A DNA stretch of 64,000 nt from an uncultured Acidobacteriaceae bacterium (GTDB lineage: Bacteria > Acidobacteriota > Terriglobia > Terriglobales > Acidobacteriaceae). A program made the position numbers and the translations under genes. Positions 1 to 10,021 of the stretch are shown piece by piece. The stretch is taken from assembly GCA_963814015.1 (NCBI GenBank), contig CAWFBI010000007.1, positions 247,461 to 311,460 of the forward strand, written 5' to 3'. Position 1 is the stretch's first letter, and each line of letters starts with the position of its first letter. A model generated the notes under the pieces. That model made no database searches. It was not told where the DNA came from and worked only from the letters and a program-made list of their open reading frames with translations.

Positions 1-180
1 ACTGCGTTTGGCCCTCGGGGCGCAGCCAACTTGCTGACCAAGGTGACCACCTGGGCTGCAATTCTGTTTATGTTTACTTCCATCGGACTTACGGTTCTGA
101 TCCAGCGGAGCAGCGGCTCGCGTTCGGTGCTGTCGGGCATCAAAACCACGCAGACCGCCCCAGCCAAACCCGCCAAGTAG
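1..180 (+). CDS. secG: preprotein translocase subunit SecG, C-terminal fragment (gene begins upstream of window)
   Basis: Frame 1 is open from the window edge to TAG at 178-180. The translation ..FGPRGAANLLTKVTTWAAILFMFTSIGLTVL.. looks like the conserved SecG FG-RG..L.K.T segment plus second TM helix (from memory). Confidence 0.5.
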   Translation, partial: TAFGPRGAANLLTKVTTWAAILFMFTSIGLTVLIQRSSGSRSVLSGIKTTQTAPAKPAK

Positions 181-193
181 CATCGCAATTGCG

Positions 194-823
194 CTAGGCG
201 GGCGATCGCCCCCGGGTCCAGCGGGCCACCGCCACTACCAGGAAGCCCATTCCCAGGAATACCAGCAAAAATATCGCGGCCCGGGCCAGTACCCCGCCAT
301 AGCCCAGCACATTCACGTCTACGAATGGGTAGGGATATAGCCCGCTTACTGCGCCCCGCGCTAGTACGTAGACGAGGTATACGCCGGGATACAGCAGCCA
401 CGCTATCGCGTCCTTCCAGCCCAGCCCGTCCCGCGGCCCAAAGAGCAGCCAATAAAGGACGTATCCAACCGGAATAATGCTGTGCAGAAGTACGTCAGCA
501 ACCCATTGCGCGCCTTGGGGGTCCCATAGCCGCCGCAGCAACAGCTGGTAGACGATGCCGACGATGGCAATGTATGTAGCCGTGGCAGCCTGTATTGACG
601 GGCCGCGTACCCACTGCCCCCATCCAGTTTCTGCACGGAGCACAAGAGCGGTAAAGACCAGCGCGACCAGGAGGTTGGTCAGGATGGTAAAGAAGCTGAA
701 GAAGGTGATCACTGTACCCAGCATCGTCCCGCCGGGGGGAGGCGATTGGATGAGAATCAGGTAGAGTTGCAGCACCAGCGCGGACCAGCCGAGCAGCGCT
801 CCTGCGATCGCATAAATGCGCAT
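194..823 (-). CDS. integral membrane protein, Pr6Pr-family-like
   Basis: 209-aa ORF with several hydrophobic helices. The C-terminal GLYPYPFVD motif is typical of Pr6Pr-family proteins (family recalled from memory). Confidence 0.7.
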   Translation of the reverse strand: MRIYAIAGALLGWSALVLQLYLILIQSPPPGGTMLGTVITFFSFFTILTNLLVALVFTALVLRAETGWGQWVRGPSIQAATATYIAIVGIVYQLLLRRLWDPQGAQWVADVLLHSIIPVGYVLYWLLFGPRDGLGWKDAIAWLLYPGVYLVYVLARGAVSGLYPYPFVDVNVLGYGGVLARAAIFLLVFLGMGFLVVAVARWTRGRSPA

Positions 824-879
824 GGCCGCATTTTAACCAGCGTCACCTGGCCTCTAGATGAATCCCCTAGAATGAACCA

Positions 880-1521
880 ATGATCCTTGAGAGCTTTCCC
901 GTCGGTCCACTGCGCTGCAATTGCACCATCCTGGGCGACGAGGTTACCCATGAAGCGATCGTCGTCGATCCCGGAGACAACATTCCGGAGATTCTCTCCC
1001 GCCTGCACAAGCATGGCCTCACCCTGCGCCAGATCGTGGTCACCCACGCTCATATCGACCACGTAGGCGGAGCGGCCTTGCTTAAGAAAATGACCGGGGC
1101 GCCAGTGTTCCTCAATAAGCAGGATCTCGGTTTGCTGGGGGCGATGGAGCTACAGGCCGGCTGGCTCGGTGTTCCCACACCCGAAGTCGCGCCTCCCGAC
1201 GCCAGCGCCGACGACGGAATGACCGTTGGCCTCTCCACACTGCCGGCGGAAGTAATTCATACCCCGGGACACACGCCGGGGAGTATCTGCCTCCTGTTCC
1301 CGAAGCAGCATTTGTTGGTTGCCGGGGATACTCTGTTTGCCGGATCGATCGGGAGAACTGATCTGCCTGGGGGCGACGGACGCCAGATCCTGCGCTCTCT
1401 GCGCGATCGCTTGCTGGTATTACCCGATACAACGCGGGTGCTGCCTGGTCACGGCCCAGAGACGACGATCGGGGAGGAAAGACAATCAAATCCATTCCTT
1501 CAGCCGGAATTCCGAATGTGA
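880..1521 (+). CDS. MBL-fold metallo-hydrolase (glyoxalase II-like)
   Basis: 213-aa ORF with the HxHxDH motif (THAHIDHVGG) and later TPGHTPGS and PGHG motifs. Confidence 0.85.
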   Translation: MILESFPVGPLRCNCTILGDEVTHEAIVVDPGDNIPEILSRLHKHGLTLRQIVVTHAHIDHVGGAALLKKMTGAPVFLNKQDLGLLGAMELQAGWLGVPTPEVAPPDASADDGMTVGLSTLPAEVIHTPGHTPGSICLLFPKQHLLVAGDTLFAGSIGRTDLPGGDGRQILRSLRDRLLVLPDTTRVLPGHGPETTIGEERQSNPFLQPEFRM

Positions 1522-1711
1522 CACATTAACCAGTTGCAGGCGGTCACGACAATACGATCATTAATAGGGCGGCGCGACAGCGAATCAAAACATTGATAGA
1601 TATACAAGAACCATTAAATGAATAACTTGCACAGCTTCTATAAAGCATTAAATGAATGACACGAAAGTATTAGTAGCAAACTTGAGTCCTCCTTTGCACA
1701 AGGCGTTTCTG

Positions 1712-2875
1712 CTAATGGCCATTAAAATGCTTGCAGAGTGCTTCCACGCCTCCACGGAACTCCTCCGCCGCCGCTAACAGGCTTATTACCAGCCATCCCT
1801 GCCCTGAAAAACCAAAGAAACCGCCAGGGTGCACCACTACTCCGCGCTCCAGCAGTAAAACGAGCGCCGTCTCTTCTCCCGGCTGCAGCCCCGGAACCCG
1901 GAGTACGGCATACCAACCCGCTTCGACTTCAAGCCTGGTCAGCAATGTCTGGCGCAACAGGACAGCGTCGAGCGTTGCCAGGTTCCCTTTTAGGCGCGCC
2001 CTGATTTGCCCTTGCAGCGCCGCTCGCTGGCTAAGCCACGCCGGTAAAGCGCACTGAATTGGAGCATTCATGGAGAGAAAGGTGTCGGAGATGACTTCCA
2101 GGCGCTGCAAGGCGTCGGCTGGGGCAAAACACGCGATCCAGGCGGCCTTCATCTGCGGCAGGGCGGCCACTTTGCTCAGGCCGCTGAGCACAAAGGTGGG
2201 TACGGCATGGCTGCCCGTGGCAAAGCTTTCGCCGCTCTGGTGGCCGCCCAGGTCGTAGTCGAGGAACACCTCGTCCACGACCAGCGCCAAGCCATGTTCC
2301 CGGCACAGTTCTTCAATCGCAGCCCGCGCGGTGGGGCGGGTAAAGTGTCCCGTGGGGTTGTTGGGGTGGACTAGCGCGATGGCCCGCGTGCGCGGTGTCA
2401 CCCGGAGGCGCAGTGCCTCCGGGTCCAGATGCCAGCCATGATCGTAGAAAAGCTCATAGGGAACCAGCCGCACGTCGTCCAACTGAGCCAGGAAATCAAA
2501 CAGGGGGTAGCCGGGCTGGCCGATCAGCACCTCGTCGCCGGGGTCGCAGAGCAGCCGGAAGAGGAAGCTGTAAGCCTCGCTGGTACTGGTGGTGAGAAAG
2601 ATCCGGTCTGCATCTACCGCGGCTCCATGCTCGCGGTAATACAGGCTGACAGCGTCGCGCGCCGGGCGAAGGCCCCGCGGATCCGGCTCGTAACGCAGCG
2701 CCGCCGGGGCGTTGAGGGGGGCCAGAATCGAACCTGCATCGTAAACCAAGCCGCAGCTCGTTGGGTTGGAGGCGGTCAGATCCCATAGCTGGGCGCCAGC
2801 CGCGCGCAATCGAGCAAGCTGCCGCGCCCAGGGTGTTTCCGCCAGATCCCACCGGGTTCGTAGAGACCATCTCAC
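1712..2875 (-). CDS. PLP-dependent aminotransferase (class I/II)
   Basis: 387-aa ORF with HPNNPTG and SGLSK (PLP-lysine) motifs. Confidence 0.85.
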   Translation of the reverse strand: MRWSLRTRWDLAETPWARQLARLRAAGAQLWDLTASNPTSCGLVYDAGSILAPLNAPAALRYEPDPRGLRPARDAVSLYYREHGAAVDADRIFLTTSTSEAYSFLFRLLCDPGDEVLIGQPGYPLFDFLAQLDDVRLVPYELFYDHGWHLDPEALRLRVTPRTRAIALVHPNNPTGHFTRPTARAAIEELCREHGLALVVDEVFLDYDLGGHQSGESFATGSHAVPTFVLSGLSKVAALPQMKAAWIACFAPADALQRLEVISDTFLSMNAPIQCALPAWLSQRAALQGQIRARLKGNLATLDAVLLRQTLLTRLEVEAGWYAVLRVPGLQPGEETALVLLLERGVVVHPGGFFGFSGQGWLVISLLAAAEEFRGGVEALCKHFNGH

Positions 2876-2948
2876 CGGGTTCCCTCCCCTCCTGCATGGT
2901 GTAATAGCGGAAGCATCATCTCATTTTTGCTCGCCGGAGCCCGCACGC

Positions 2949-3587
2949 ATGGATCTGCAAGCCGTGATCTTCGACTACGGAGAAGTTCTCAGCGGACCAC
3001 CCGACCCACAGGCGCATCGCAATCTGCTGGCCATCGCCGGAGTGAAGGAGGAGTCTTTCGAAAAGGCCTATTGGGCCCACCGTCTGGATTACGATGCCGA
3101 CATTTTGAATGGCCAGACTTACTGGCAAACCGTTGCCCGCGACACCGGCGTTCACTTCACGGCACAGCAGATCAACCAACTGATGGAACAGGACGCCATC
3201 ATGTGGATGAACCTGAATCCGGCGATGCTGGCCTGGATCCCCAGGATCAAACAGGCCGGCTTTCGGCTCGGCATCCTGTCAAATATGGGCGACGGAGTGC
3301 TGGACTATTTGCGCCCGCGGTTTCCCTGGCTGGCCCAGTTCGACCACCTCACCTGGTCCTGTGAACTTGGAGTGGTCAAGCCCGATCCTGCCATCTACCT
3401 GCACACGGTAAAGAAGTTGAGCGTCGCCCCCGACCAGGCTCTCTTCATCGATAACCTGGAGAAGAACATCGTCGGCGCGGAGGCCGTCGGGCTGCATGCC
3501 GCTCTGTTCGAAAATGTAGAACAGCTGCAAAGCGATCTGGCGCGGCGAGGATTTCCCCTGCCTCCTCTCGAACCGCATGGTGGTTGA
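2949..3587 (+). CDS. HAD-family hydrolase
   Basis: ATG at 2949 (MDLQAVIFDYGEVL..) gives 212 aa with a HAD motif I-like start and a later SNMGD motif. The longer 2766 start would overlap the divergent aminotransferase. Confidence 0.8.
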   Translation: MDLQAVIFDYGEVLSGPPDPQAHRNLLAIAGVKEESFEKAYWAHRLDYDADILNGQTYWQTVARDTGVHFTAQQINQLMEQDAIMWMNLNPAMLAWIPRIKQAGFRLGILSNMGDGVLDYLRPRFPWLAQFDHLTWSCELGVVKPDPAIYLHTVKKLSVAPDQALFIDNLEKNIVGAEAVGLHAALFENVEQLQSDLARRGFPLPPLEPHGG

Positions 3588-3607
3588 AAACCGCAGGCCT
3601 CTTCCCC

Positions 3608-4765
3608 TCAGCGCGTGCCCGGCTTGGCGACGGTAAGGCCGACCTGGTCCACAATCTCCAGGTTAAAGCCCTGTAGTGCCGGCACATGCGTGGGAGTGTT
3701 CGAGAGCAGTCGAATCTTACGGATATTCAGGTCGGAAAGTATCTGCCCGCCAAGCCCCACCTGGCGCAGAATCCGTTGATGCTCACCGCTGCGTTCTTCC
3801 CGGTGCAGAAAGAGCCGGTGCGGGGTTACGCTGCGGTCAATCTCGAAACCTTTGCTGGTGTTGTGCAGGTAAACCAAGGCTCCCCGTCCAGCTTCGGCGA
3901 TCATCTCGAGCGATCGCTGCACCACCTGGTGGCAGTCGCACAGCGTAGTGCCGAACACATCTCCCGCCAGGCAGTGTGAGTGTACTCGTACCAGGACCGG
4001 TTCCTGGTTGTGCTCCCAACTCACATCGCCGCAAACCAGCGCCAGGTGGCTCTCCCCCCCGTCGACCTCGCTCTCATAAGCGATCATCCGGAAGTCGCCA
4101 AAACGGGTGGGCACAACCGATTCCGCCACGCGGAAGATATAGCGCTCGTTCTGCAGCCGGAAGCGTATTAACTCCGCCACCGTCAGCATTTTCAACTGGT
4201 GCTGATTACAAAACTCCACCAGGTCGGGAACCCGGGCCATGGTCCCGTCGTCGTTCATGATCTCGCAGATCACTCCCGCCGGGATCAACCCCGCCATCCG
4301 CGCCAGGTCGACTGAGGCTTCCGTTTGGCCGGCACGGACCAGCACTCCGCCGCGACGGGCGCGCAGGGGAAAAACGTGGCCTGGCCGCGCCAAATCGGCC
4401 GCCGTCATGCCGGGATCGATTGCGACCCGTATGGTGTGCGACCGGTCGTAGGCTGAGATACCCGTGGTCACACCTTCCCGGGCCTCAATGCTTTCCGTAA
4501 AGGCAGTACCGAAGCGAGACGAATTCTGCTGCGTCATCGGTCCCAGGCGAAGGTAGTCGGCCCGTTCCTCGGTGAGACTGAGACAAATCAGCCCACGCCC
4601 ATGCTTGGACATGAAGTTGATCGCTTCCGGAGTTACAAATTCTGCTGCCAGCGTCAGGTCTCCCTCGTTTTCGCGGTCCTCGTCGTCTACCACGACGATC
4701 ATGCGCCCTGCCTTGAACTCGTCGAGGGCCCCGGATACATCTGTGAATGGCAGCCTTGCCTGCAT
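3608..4765 (-). CDS. ribBA: bifunctional 3,4-dihydroxy-2-butanone-4-phosphate synthase / GTP cyclohydrolase II
   Basis: 385-aa ORF. RibB signature [13 protein letters not shown] at the N-terminus; GTP cyclohydrolase II half ([17 protein letters not shown]) at the C-terminus. Confidence 0.95.
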   Translation of the reverse strand: MQARLPFTDVSGALDEFKAGRMIVVVDDEDRENEGDLTLAAEFVTPEAINFMSKHGRGLICLSLTEERADYLRLGPMTQQNSSRFGTAFTESIEAREGVTTGISAYDRSHTIRVAIDPGMTAADLARPGHVFPLRARRGGVLVRAGQTEASVDLARMAGLIPAGVICEIMNDDGTMARVPDLVEFCNQHQLKMLTVAELIRFRLQNERYIFRVAESVVPTRFGDFRMIAYESEVDGGESHLALVCGDVSWEHNQEPVLVRVHSHCLAGDVFGTTLCDCHQVVQRSLEMIAEAGRGALVYLHNTSKGFEIDRSVTPHRLFLHREERSGEHQRILRQVGLGGQILSDLNIRKIRLLSNTPTHVPALQGFNLEIVDQVGLTVAKPGTR

Positions 4766-4787
4766 GAATGTATTTTAGTGCAGACGC

Positions 4788-4820
4788 AAAAAACGCCGCT
4801 CAAGGCGGCGTTTTCTTCTC
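4788..4820 (-). terminator. rho-independent terminator of the 4840-5067 gene
   Basis: Minus-strand RNA reads AAAACGCCGC-CUUGA-GCGGCGUUUUUU, a GC-rich hairpin followed by a U6 tract, 20 nt after the stop codon. Confidence 0.8.
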
Positions 4821-4839
4821 TGCGGGATACCCTTCTCAT

Positions 4840-5067
4840 TTACAAGGTGGATTCGATCTCAAAACCCCAAGCCTCGAGAAGCGCTTCCGGGATATACTTC
4901 GAATTCTTGTTGCGCCGGGCCCATTCGCGCAACCGGGTGGAACGCACATACTGATCGGGGGTCAGTTTAAACTCTTTAACTACCTGTTCGAAAGAAGTTA
5001 CGGTCGGGACCACCGGGCCTATCGGCTCCGGCTTGCCCCAGTTAGGATTACCACGTCGTTTTGCCAT
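4840..5067 (-). CDS. small conserved hypothetical protein (75 aa)
   Basis: ORF MAKRRGNPNWGKPEP.. with protein-like composition, no overlap with other genes, and a strong terminator after it. Confidence 0.55.
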   Translation of the reverse strand: MAKRRGNPNWGKPEPIGPVVPTVTSFEQVVKEFKLTPDQYVRSTRLREWARRNKNSKYIPEALLEAWGFEIESTL

Positions 5068-5311
5068 TTGATCCGTTATCCTCTAGGGAGATGAGCAACA
5101 AACATTGCCCAGCGGCTTGGTAAATTCCAGACAGTCGGTCCCGCTGGGACATGTCAAAGCTCTTATTTTAAGGATTTTTTCTCCAGAAATCAATAGCAAA
5201 TTCGGGCTATCCGTGAACTCTTCGCGTGGCCGCGAACCCAACTATCTACTGCAACCTATCCGGTCTCAGTGCACTCCAAGTGGATGACTTATTTGTATTC
5301 GTGAAAGGTGG

Positions 5312-5614
5312 ATGGTCATGAACGTAGTTCGTTACTGGGCGGTTTTCTGTCTCGGGGTAGCCGCGGGTGCCGCAGCGGCTCTCATTTATGCACCGCAGAC
5401 CGGGGAGAAAACCCGTAAGCAACTTAAACGTCACTTTGAGGATGCAAGTGACTACATCAAGGACGCCAGCGACGATCTCAGTAAGCACGCCACCCGGGTC
5501 TACAAACAGACCAGGGACGTGGCCGGCGACGTGGCCTCGCGGGTCAGCTCCGTTGCCGGTAACGTCAGCTCCGCAGCCAGCAACATAGCGGACAAAGTAG
5601 GGGATCTCGTCTAG
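5312..5614 (+). CDS. YtxH-domain protein
   Basis: N-terminal TM helix followed by LIYAPQTGEKTRKQLK and a charged helical tail, typical of YtxH. SD AGGTGG at ~5303; the start may be ATG 5318 rather than 5312. Confidence 0.7.
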   Translation: MVMNVVRYWAVFCLGVAAGAAAALIYAPQTGEKTRKQLKRHFEDASDYIKDASDDLSKHATRVYKQTRDVAGDVASRVSSVAGNVSSAASNIADKVGDLV

Positions 5615-5665
5615 AGCGTTCTCACTCCGTCACCGTTTCGTTTGGCTTCTGCCCCACATCCAGAG

Positions 5666-6958
5666 TTACCCATCTGACACTGCGTTGGCGTCAGATGGGG
5701 TAGCAAGCACTTGCTCCGCCGCGCGATAACCGGAGCGCAGGGCCCCGTGGACCGTGCCCCAATGGCCGCTGGTGTCGGTATGCTCCCCGGCGAAGAAGAG
5801 TGTCTTCTCTACCGGAACCGAGAGCTGATCGGAGGCGTGGATCGCCCCGCGCGGGACATAGGTGTAGGCGCCCAAACTGTGGGTATCCGCCTGCCAGTCG
5901 TGGTGGTGCCAGCGCAGCAGGTGCTTGTGCACATTGTGAAATCTACCGCCGAAAAAGCCGGCGAGCGTCGCCAGGCCGGTCTCCGGCAAACCATCCAACT
6001 TCAGCTCGCTTGCTTTGCGTCCAGCCATCCAGCCGGTCAGCATCGCGGTACGCCTTGGGCTCGTCGTCCACCAGGTCGGGGGAGTGGCCACCGGAGCAAA
6101 GAGAAAACTGACTCCCTCTGGCCAAAGGGCACGGTCAAACTCGTACACCACGCGCGCGGCCGTTCCCATGGCCAGCCTGTCCGCGGCATCGAGAATCTCT
6201 ATCGGTTGCGGCACAAAAGCGACACTTCGAGCCTGCAATACACCCAGGGGCAAGGTGATGATGGCAGCGGAGGCACGGAAGTTGCGGCCGGCCAGGGTTT
6301 TCACTTCGACCCGGCCCGGCTTCCAGGCGATGGTTCGCACTGCAGTCGACACTACCCACTCCCCACCTGCGTCCAGGAACCTGCGTAGCAGAAACTCCGG
6401 GACCCGGGCATAACCTTCCACCACGCGAAACAAACGGTCTCCGGAGATCGCATCTTCGGCGGCCTGTTGTTTCGCGAGCGATAGGATACTGATGCGACTC
6501 GCATCGGCCGCATTGAAGCCTTCGACATAGTTCGTCGCCCAGGCAACGGCCTCCGCCTTGAATCCGCGTTGGGCCACGAATTCTGTGAAGCTGAGGTCCA
6601 CCTGAGGCGGCTCCAGGTGGCCAAGCTCGTCAAACAGCTGCTCCACCTCGCGCCGGTCGCCGCAAGGCTCCAGGCGGCCCACCCCGTTATGCTCGCCGAA
6701 GCAGCGAGTAGCGCCTTCCAGCTCGAAACGGGTGAGGCCCGCCTCATCAATCAGCTGGATTAGCTCCGGAGGCAGTCCGTGCACAAACTCCGCGCCAAGC
6801 TCTACTGGTAACCCACCCTCCACGGCGGGGACGGTGTGTACCCGTCCTCCCACGCGGTCCCGCGCTTCGACCAGCGTCACCCGCAGCCCGGCTTCCGCCA
6901 GCGTTCGGGCGGCTGCCAGTCCGGCGATTCCCGCGCCCACCACGATCACGTCATTCAT
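5666..6958 (-). CDS. FAD-dependent amine oxidase family oxidoreductase
   Basis: Dinucleotide-binding motif [25 protein letters not shown] and C-terminal FFAGEHT. Start taken at MNDV (6958), which gives an 8-nt overlap with the upstream gene's stop. Confidence 0.85.
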   Translation of the reverse strand: MNDVIVVGAGIAGLAAARTLAEAGLRVTLVEARDRVGGRVHTVPAVEGGLPVELGAEFVHGLPPELIQLIDEAGLTRFELEGATRCFGEHNGVGRLEPCGDRREVEQLFDELGHLEPPQVDLSFTEFVAQRGFKAEAVAWATNYVEGFNAADASRISILSLAKQQAAEDAISGDRLFRVVEGYARVPEFLLRRFLDAGGEWVVSTAVRTIAWKPGRVEVKTLAGRNFRASAAIITLPLGVLQARSVAFVPQPIEILDAADRLAMGTAARVVYEFDRALWPEGVSFLFAPVATPPTWWTTSPRRTAMLTGWMAGRKASELKLDGLPETGLATLAGFFGGRFHNVHKHLLRWHHHDWQADTHSLGAYTYVPRGAIHASDQLSVPVEKTLFFAGEHTDTSGHWGTVHGALRSGYRAAEQVLATPSDANAVSDG

Positions 6959-7730
6959 TGCACCTCCAGGTGAGCGTCTCGGCGCGCGGACCATGCGCAG
7001 ACACCGGATGTTTGAGGGCCCGGATCGACAAAGTACAGCCGGCGCAAACTGCCTCCGGGGTGAAGCGAAGATTTTTGCCCTCGACCTGCATTCTGACCCG
7101 CGGCGCGCTTTTTGCCTGGGGCGACGATGGGTGGGCGAGCGGAAACTCCACTGGGCCGCTCAGCCCACACAAGAGGTAGAGAGACACCAGGTCACAGAAG
7201 CCCAGCGCTGCGGTCCACCGATCCAGATCATCCGCGCTTCCTTCGAGCCTTCGCTGGCGCGATTTCTCAGCCTGGAGAAAACCCTGGTGGTGGGCCTGAT
7301 CCTTTTGGGCGAGCAGGGCGAAATGCCGGCTGACGACCATCGCTCCCGGCTTGGAGATGGCTTCGACAGTATTGATCGAAGCCGTCCATGCCTCTTCTGC
7401 CTCCCTGGGCGGGATGTCAATAAAGGAAACCGGGATCGCATGGCCCGCGTGCGGCCCCCCGGAGCGTAGCCGTTGAATCTGCTGCGCGTCGCTCGCGGCC
7501 CAACCGGTATCGTGCATCTGAATGGCCTGCCGAATCTCAGGGGGCAATTCTCCGAAGCAGGTCACGCACGCGGCTAGTTCTCCCGCCAGTACAGCATGGG
7601 CCGGCTGCGGCACCAGCAGGCAGGGCATGCGCACCTTTCGCTGCGCAGCTTCCACCTGCGCCCAGGCTGAGGCAGCAACCTGCGCCCGGTCATCGCCTTG
7701 CTGTTCTGGTTGTAACCACGCAATCACCAT
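6951..7730 (-). CDS. hypothetical protein, DUF3891-like
   Basis: 259-aa ORF with Q..HA.LAGELA near the N-terminus and an HDTGW motif, as recalled for DUF3891. Overlaps the downstream oxidase start (operon). Confidence 0.55.
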   Translation of the reverse strand: MVIAWLQPEQQGDDRAQVAASAWAQVEAAQRKVRMPCLLVPQPAHAVLAGELAACVTCFGELPPEIRQAIQMHDTGWAASDAQQIQRLRSGGPHAGHAIPVSFIDIPPREAEEAWTASINTVEAISKPGAMVVSRHFALLAQKDQAHHQGFLQAEKSRQRRLEGSADDLDRWTAALGFCDLVSLYLLCGLSGPVEFPLAHPSSPQAKSAPRVRMQVEGKNLRFTPEAVCAGCTLSIRALKHPVSAHGPRAETLTWRCNE

Positions 7731-7786
7731 TGAATCCTCTTGCCGCCACGGGGGAATTATCAGTTAACCTGACCGGGAGACATCTT

Positions 7787-8530
7787 ATGATCCTTCAAGA
7801 ACCAACAACCGTCGATCTCGACACGCCAACCGGCCCCATGCGCACTTACATGTTTCGCCCCGTGGCCAAGGGAAAATATCCCGCAGTCGTGCTGTTTTCT
7901 GAGATCTTTCAGGCCACCGGTCCTATCCGTCGCTTCGCTGCCTTTATCGCCGGCCACGGCTACATTGTCGCTGTTCCTGAGGTGTATCACGAGCTGGAGC
8001 CGCCCGGAACGGTGCTGGCTTACGACCAGGCCGGGTCCGACAAAGGCAACGCCGACAAGTACGGCAAACCGGTTTCGTCCTATGACAGTGATGCGCGTGC
8101 ACTGCTCGACTATCTTCACACCCTCGAAGATTGCACCGGCCGCCTGGGAGCAATTGGCATCTGTATGGGCGGGCATCTGGCCTTTCGTGCGGCCATGAAC
8201 CCCGATGTACTGGCGACTGTTTGCTTTTATGCGACGGACATTCACAGCCACAGCCTGGGTTTGGGCAAACACGATGATTCGCTGGAGCGGGCGGGTGAAA
8301 TCAAGGGCGAGCTGCTGCATATTTGGGGGCGGCAGGATCCGCATGTTCCGCTCGCTGGCCGCAATCTGATTAAGGCCCGGCTGGACGAGGCAGGCGCGGA
8401 TTTCCAGTGGGTGGAAGTGAACGGTGCCCACGCGTTCATGCGCGATGAAGGCTACCGCTATGATCCAGAGTTGGCGGCGCTGTGTCTGAATATGGCGCTG
8501 GCCCTGCTGCACCGGAAATTGGCCCTGTGA
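7787..8530 (+). CDS. dienelactone hydrolase family protein
   Basis: YPAVVLFSEIF.., nucleophile-region GICMGGHLAF, and C-terminal H in the GAHAF motif. ATG 7787 preferred over 7730. Confidence 0.85.
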   Translation: MILQEPTTVDLDTPTGPMRTYMFRPVAKGKYPAVVLFSEIFQATGPIRRFAAFIAGHGYIVAVPEVYHELEPPGTVLAYDQAGSDKGNADKYGKPVSSYDSDARALLDYLHTLEDCTGRLGAIGICMGGHLAFRAAMNPDVLATVCFYATDIHSHSLGLGKHDDSLERAGEIKGELLHIWGRQDPHVPLAGRNLIKARLDEAGADFQWVEVNGAHAFMRDEGYRYDPELAALCLNMALALLHRKLAL

Positions 8531-9504
8531 CCGATCAAGTGCTTAAGGAAATACCCCCAAAGGCCCCCGAAGATCCATCGAGCGATCTGGGATTCGGCCG
8601 GGTCGTCTCCGAGCAGCGGCAGCTGCGCCTGCTCAATCGGGACGGCAGCTTCAATGTGCAACGAAGAGGCCGCGGGCTGCATGCATTTCTGGCCTACTCC
8701 AACCTGGTCAGCACTAGCTGGGACCGGTTCTTCCTCTTTGTCGCCGTCGCGTACCTTACGCTCAATGGCTGTTTCGCTTTGCTTTATGACGCTGTCGGAG
8801 CGGGCGGCCTGGTCAACACCATCGATACCGGCATTAATACTCCTTTCCTGAAGGCCTTCTTCTTCAGCATTCACACCTCGGCAACCATCGGCTACGGAAG
8901 TACTGTGCCCGTGGGACTGGCAACCAACATCCTGGTAGCGATCGAGTCCGTCGTCAGTCTGCTGGGCCTGGCGGTGGTTACGGGGCTGGTGTTCGCGCGT
9001 TTTTCCCGTCCGGTCGCCGACATTCTCTTCAGTCAAAAAGCAGTGATGTCGTGGATCGGCACCCGTCGCGCTTTTGAGTTCCGCATTATCAACACTCGCA
9101 ACAACCAGATCATCGATCTTCATGTGCGGGTCCTGGTGTCGCGCTTTGAACCCAACGCAAGCGGAACCATGGTGCGCCGCTACTACCCGCTTAGCCTGGA
9201 GCGGGAAAGCGTAGTCTTCTTTCCCCTCTCCTGGACGATCGTTCACGTGATCGATAAAGATAGCCCGCTGTTCGGAGTCACGGAAGAAGAGTTGTGCGCC
9301 AGTGGCGCGGAGTTTTTGATTTTGCTTACGGGAATGGACGAGACTTTTTCCCAGGTCGTCAATGCCCGGTCATCGTATCGCGCCAACGAAGTTATCTGGG
9401 ACGCGAAGTTCACCGACATCTTCGTGTACGACCCGGAAGGCAGAATGGCGGGCATTGACATGAAACGCTTCCACGACACGGCGCGTATTTCCAATCAGCC
9501 CTAG
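8482..9504 (+). CDS. inward-rectifier (KirBac-type) potassium channel
   Basis: Two TM helices flank a pore with the selectivity filter TIGYG (SATIGYGS), followed by a Kir-type cytoplasmic beta-rich domain. Alternative GTG start at 8527 overlaps the upstream stop (GTGA). Confidence 0.85.
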   Translation: MSEYGAGPAAPEIGPVTDQVLKEIPPKAPEDPSSDLGFGRVVSEQRQLRLLNRDGSFNVQRRGRGLHAFLAYSNLVSTSWDRFFLFVAVAYLTLNGCFALLYDAVGAGGLVNTIDTGINTPFLKAFFFSIHTSATIGYGSTVPVGLATNILVAIESVVSLLGLAVVTGLVFARFSRPVADILFSQKAVMSWIGTRRAFEFRIINTRNNQIIDLHVRVLVSRFEPNASGTMVRRYYPLSLERESVVFFPLSWTIVHVIDKDSPLFGVTEEELCASGAEFLILLTGMDETFSQVVNARSSYRANEVIWDAKFTDIFVYDPEGRMAGIDMKRFHDTARISNQP

Positions 9505-9679
9505 CAATGGACCGTGGAAAAGAAACAGCAGGTCCACTGCGCTACGCCACTTCCCGCAAAAAGATTCGTCATCCCGTCGGAGTGGTGATGAGCCTGCGGC
9601 CCCCCGAAGGGGATGAGAAACGCCTTCTGTTCAATAACCGCTTTCCATGGATGCGTCGCCCTCTCCTTTGTCATCCCGA

Positions 9680-9787
9680 CCCGGATTTCCTGCCACGCAG
9701 CACTGGACAAAGCCGCGTGTGCACCTTTCCCTTAAGGAAAGGCGCATGAGGTCCACCAGTGCCACCAATCTCAACAGGAAATCCGGG
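9680..9787 (+). repeat. 108-bp palindromic unit with 13-bp terminal inverted repeats (copy A1)
   Basis: CCCGGATTTCCTG at 9680-9692 and CAGGAAATCCGGG at 9775-9787 are perfect reverse complements. The interior is imperfectly self-complementary around CCTTAAGG (9730-9737). Confidence 0.85.
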
Positions 9788-9853
9788 GGACCGAAGCGGA
9801 GGAATCTGCAGTTCAGCCGACCTTTCTTGGAAATGTTTTTTCGACGGAGCGTA

Positions 9854-9960
9854 CCCGGATTTACTGCCACGCAGCACTGGACAAGGCCAGGTGAGCGGCG
9901 CTCCTTAAAGAGAACCGCATGAAGTTCGTCAATGCCGTCAACCTCGACAGGAAATCCGGG
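9854..9960 (+). repeat. 107-bp palindromic unit with terminal inverted repeats (copy A2)
   Basis: CCCGGATTTACTG at 9854-9866 and CAGGAAATCCGGG at 9948-9960 (12/13 complementary). The interior is homologous to A1, B1 and B2. Confidence 0.85.
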
Positions 9961-10021
9961 GTAGCGCAGTGATCCTGCTGTTTCTTTTCCCCTGGTCCCC
10001 TACTCAATCACCGCCTGTTCT

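Larger units (their letters stand above)
9505..10021. repeat. mosaic of interspersed repeat modules (non-coding convergent spacer)
   Basis: The modules recur at 13350-14302 in both orientations. All ORFs here are repeat-derived and low-complexity. Confidence 0.85.

Noticed and set aside
7760-8512. 250-aa minus-strand ORF
   Set aside because: It is antisense to the dienelactone hydrolase gene and has no motifs.
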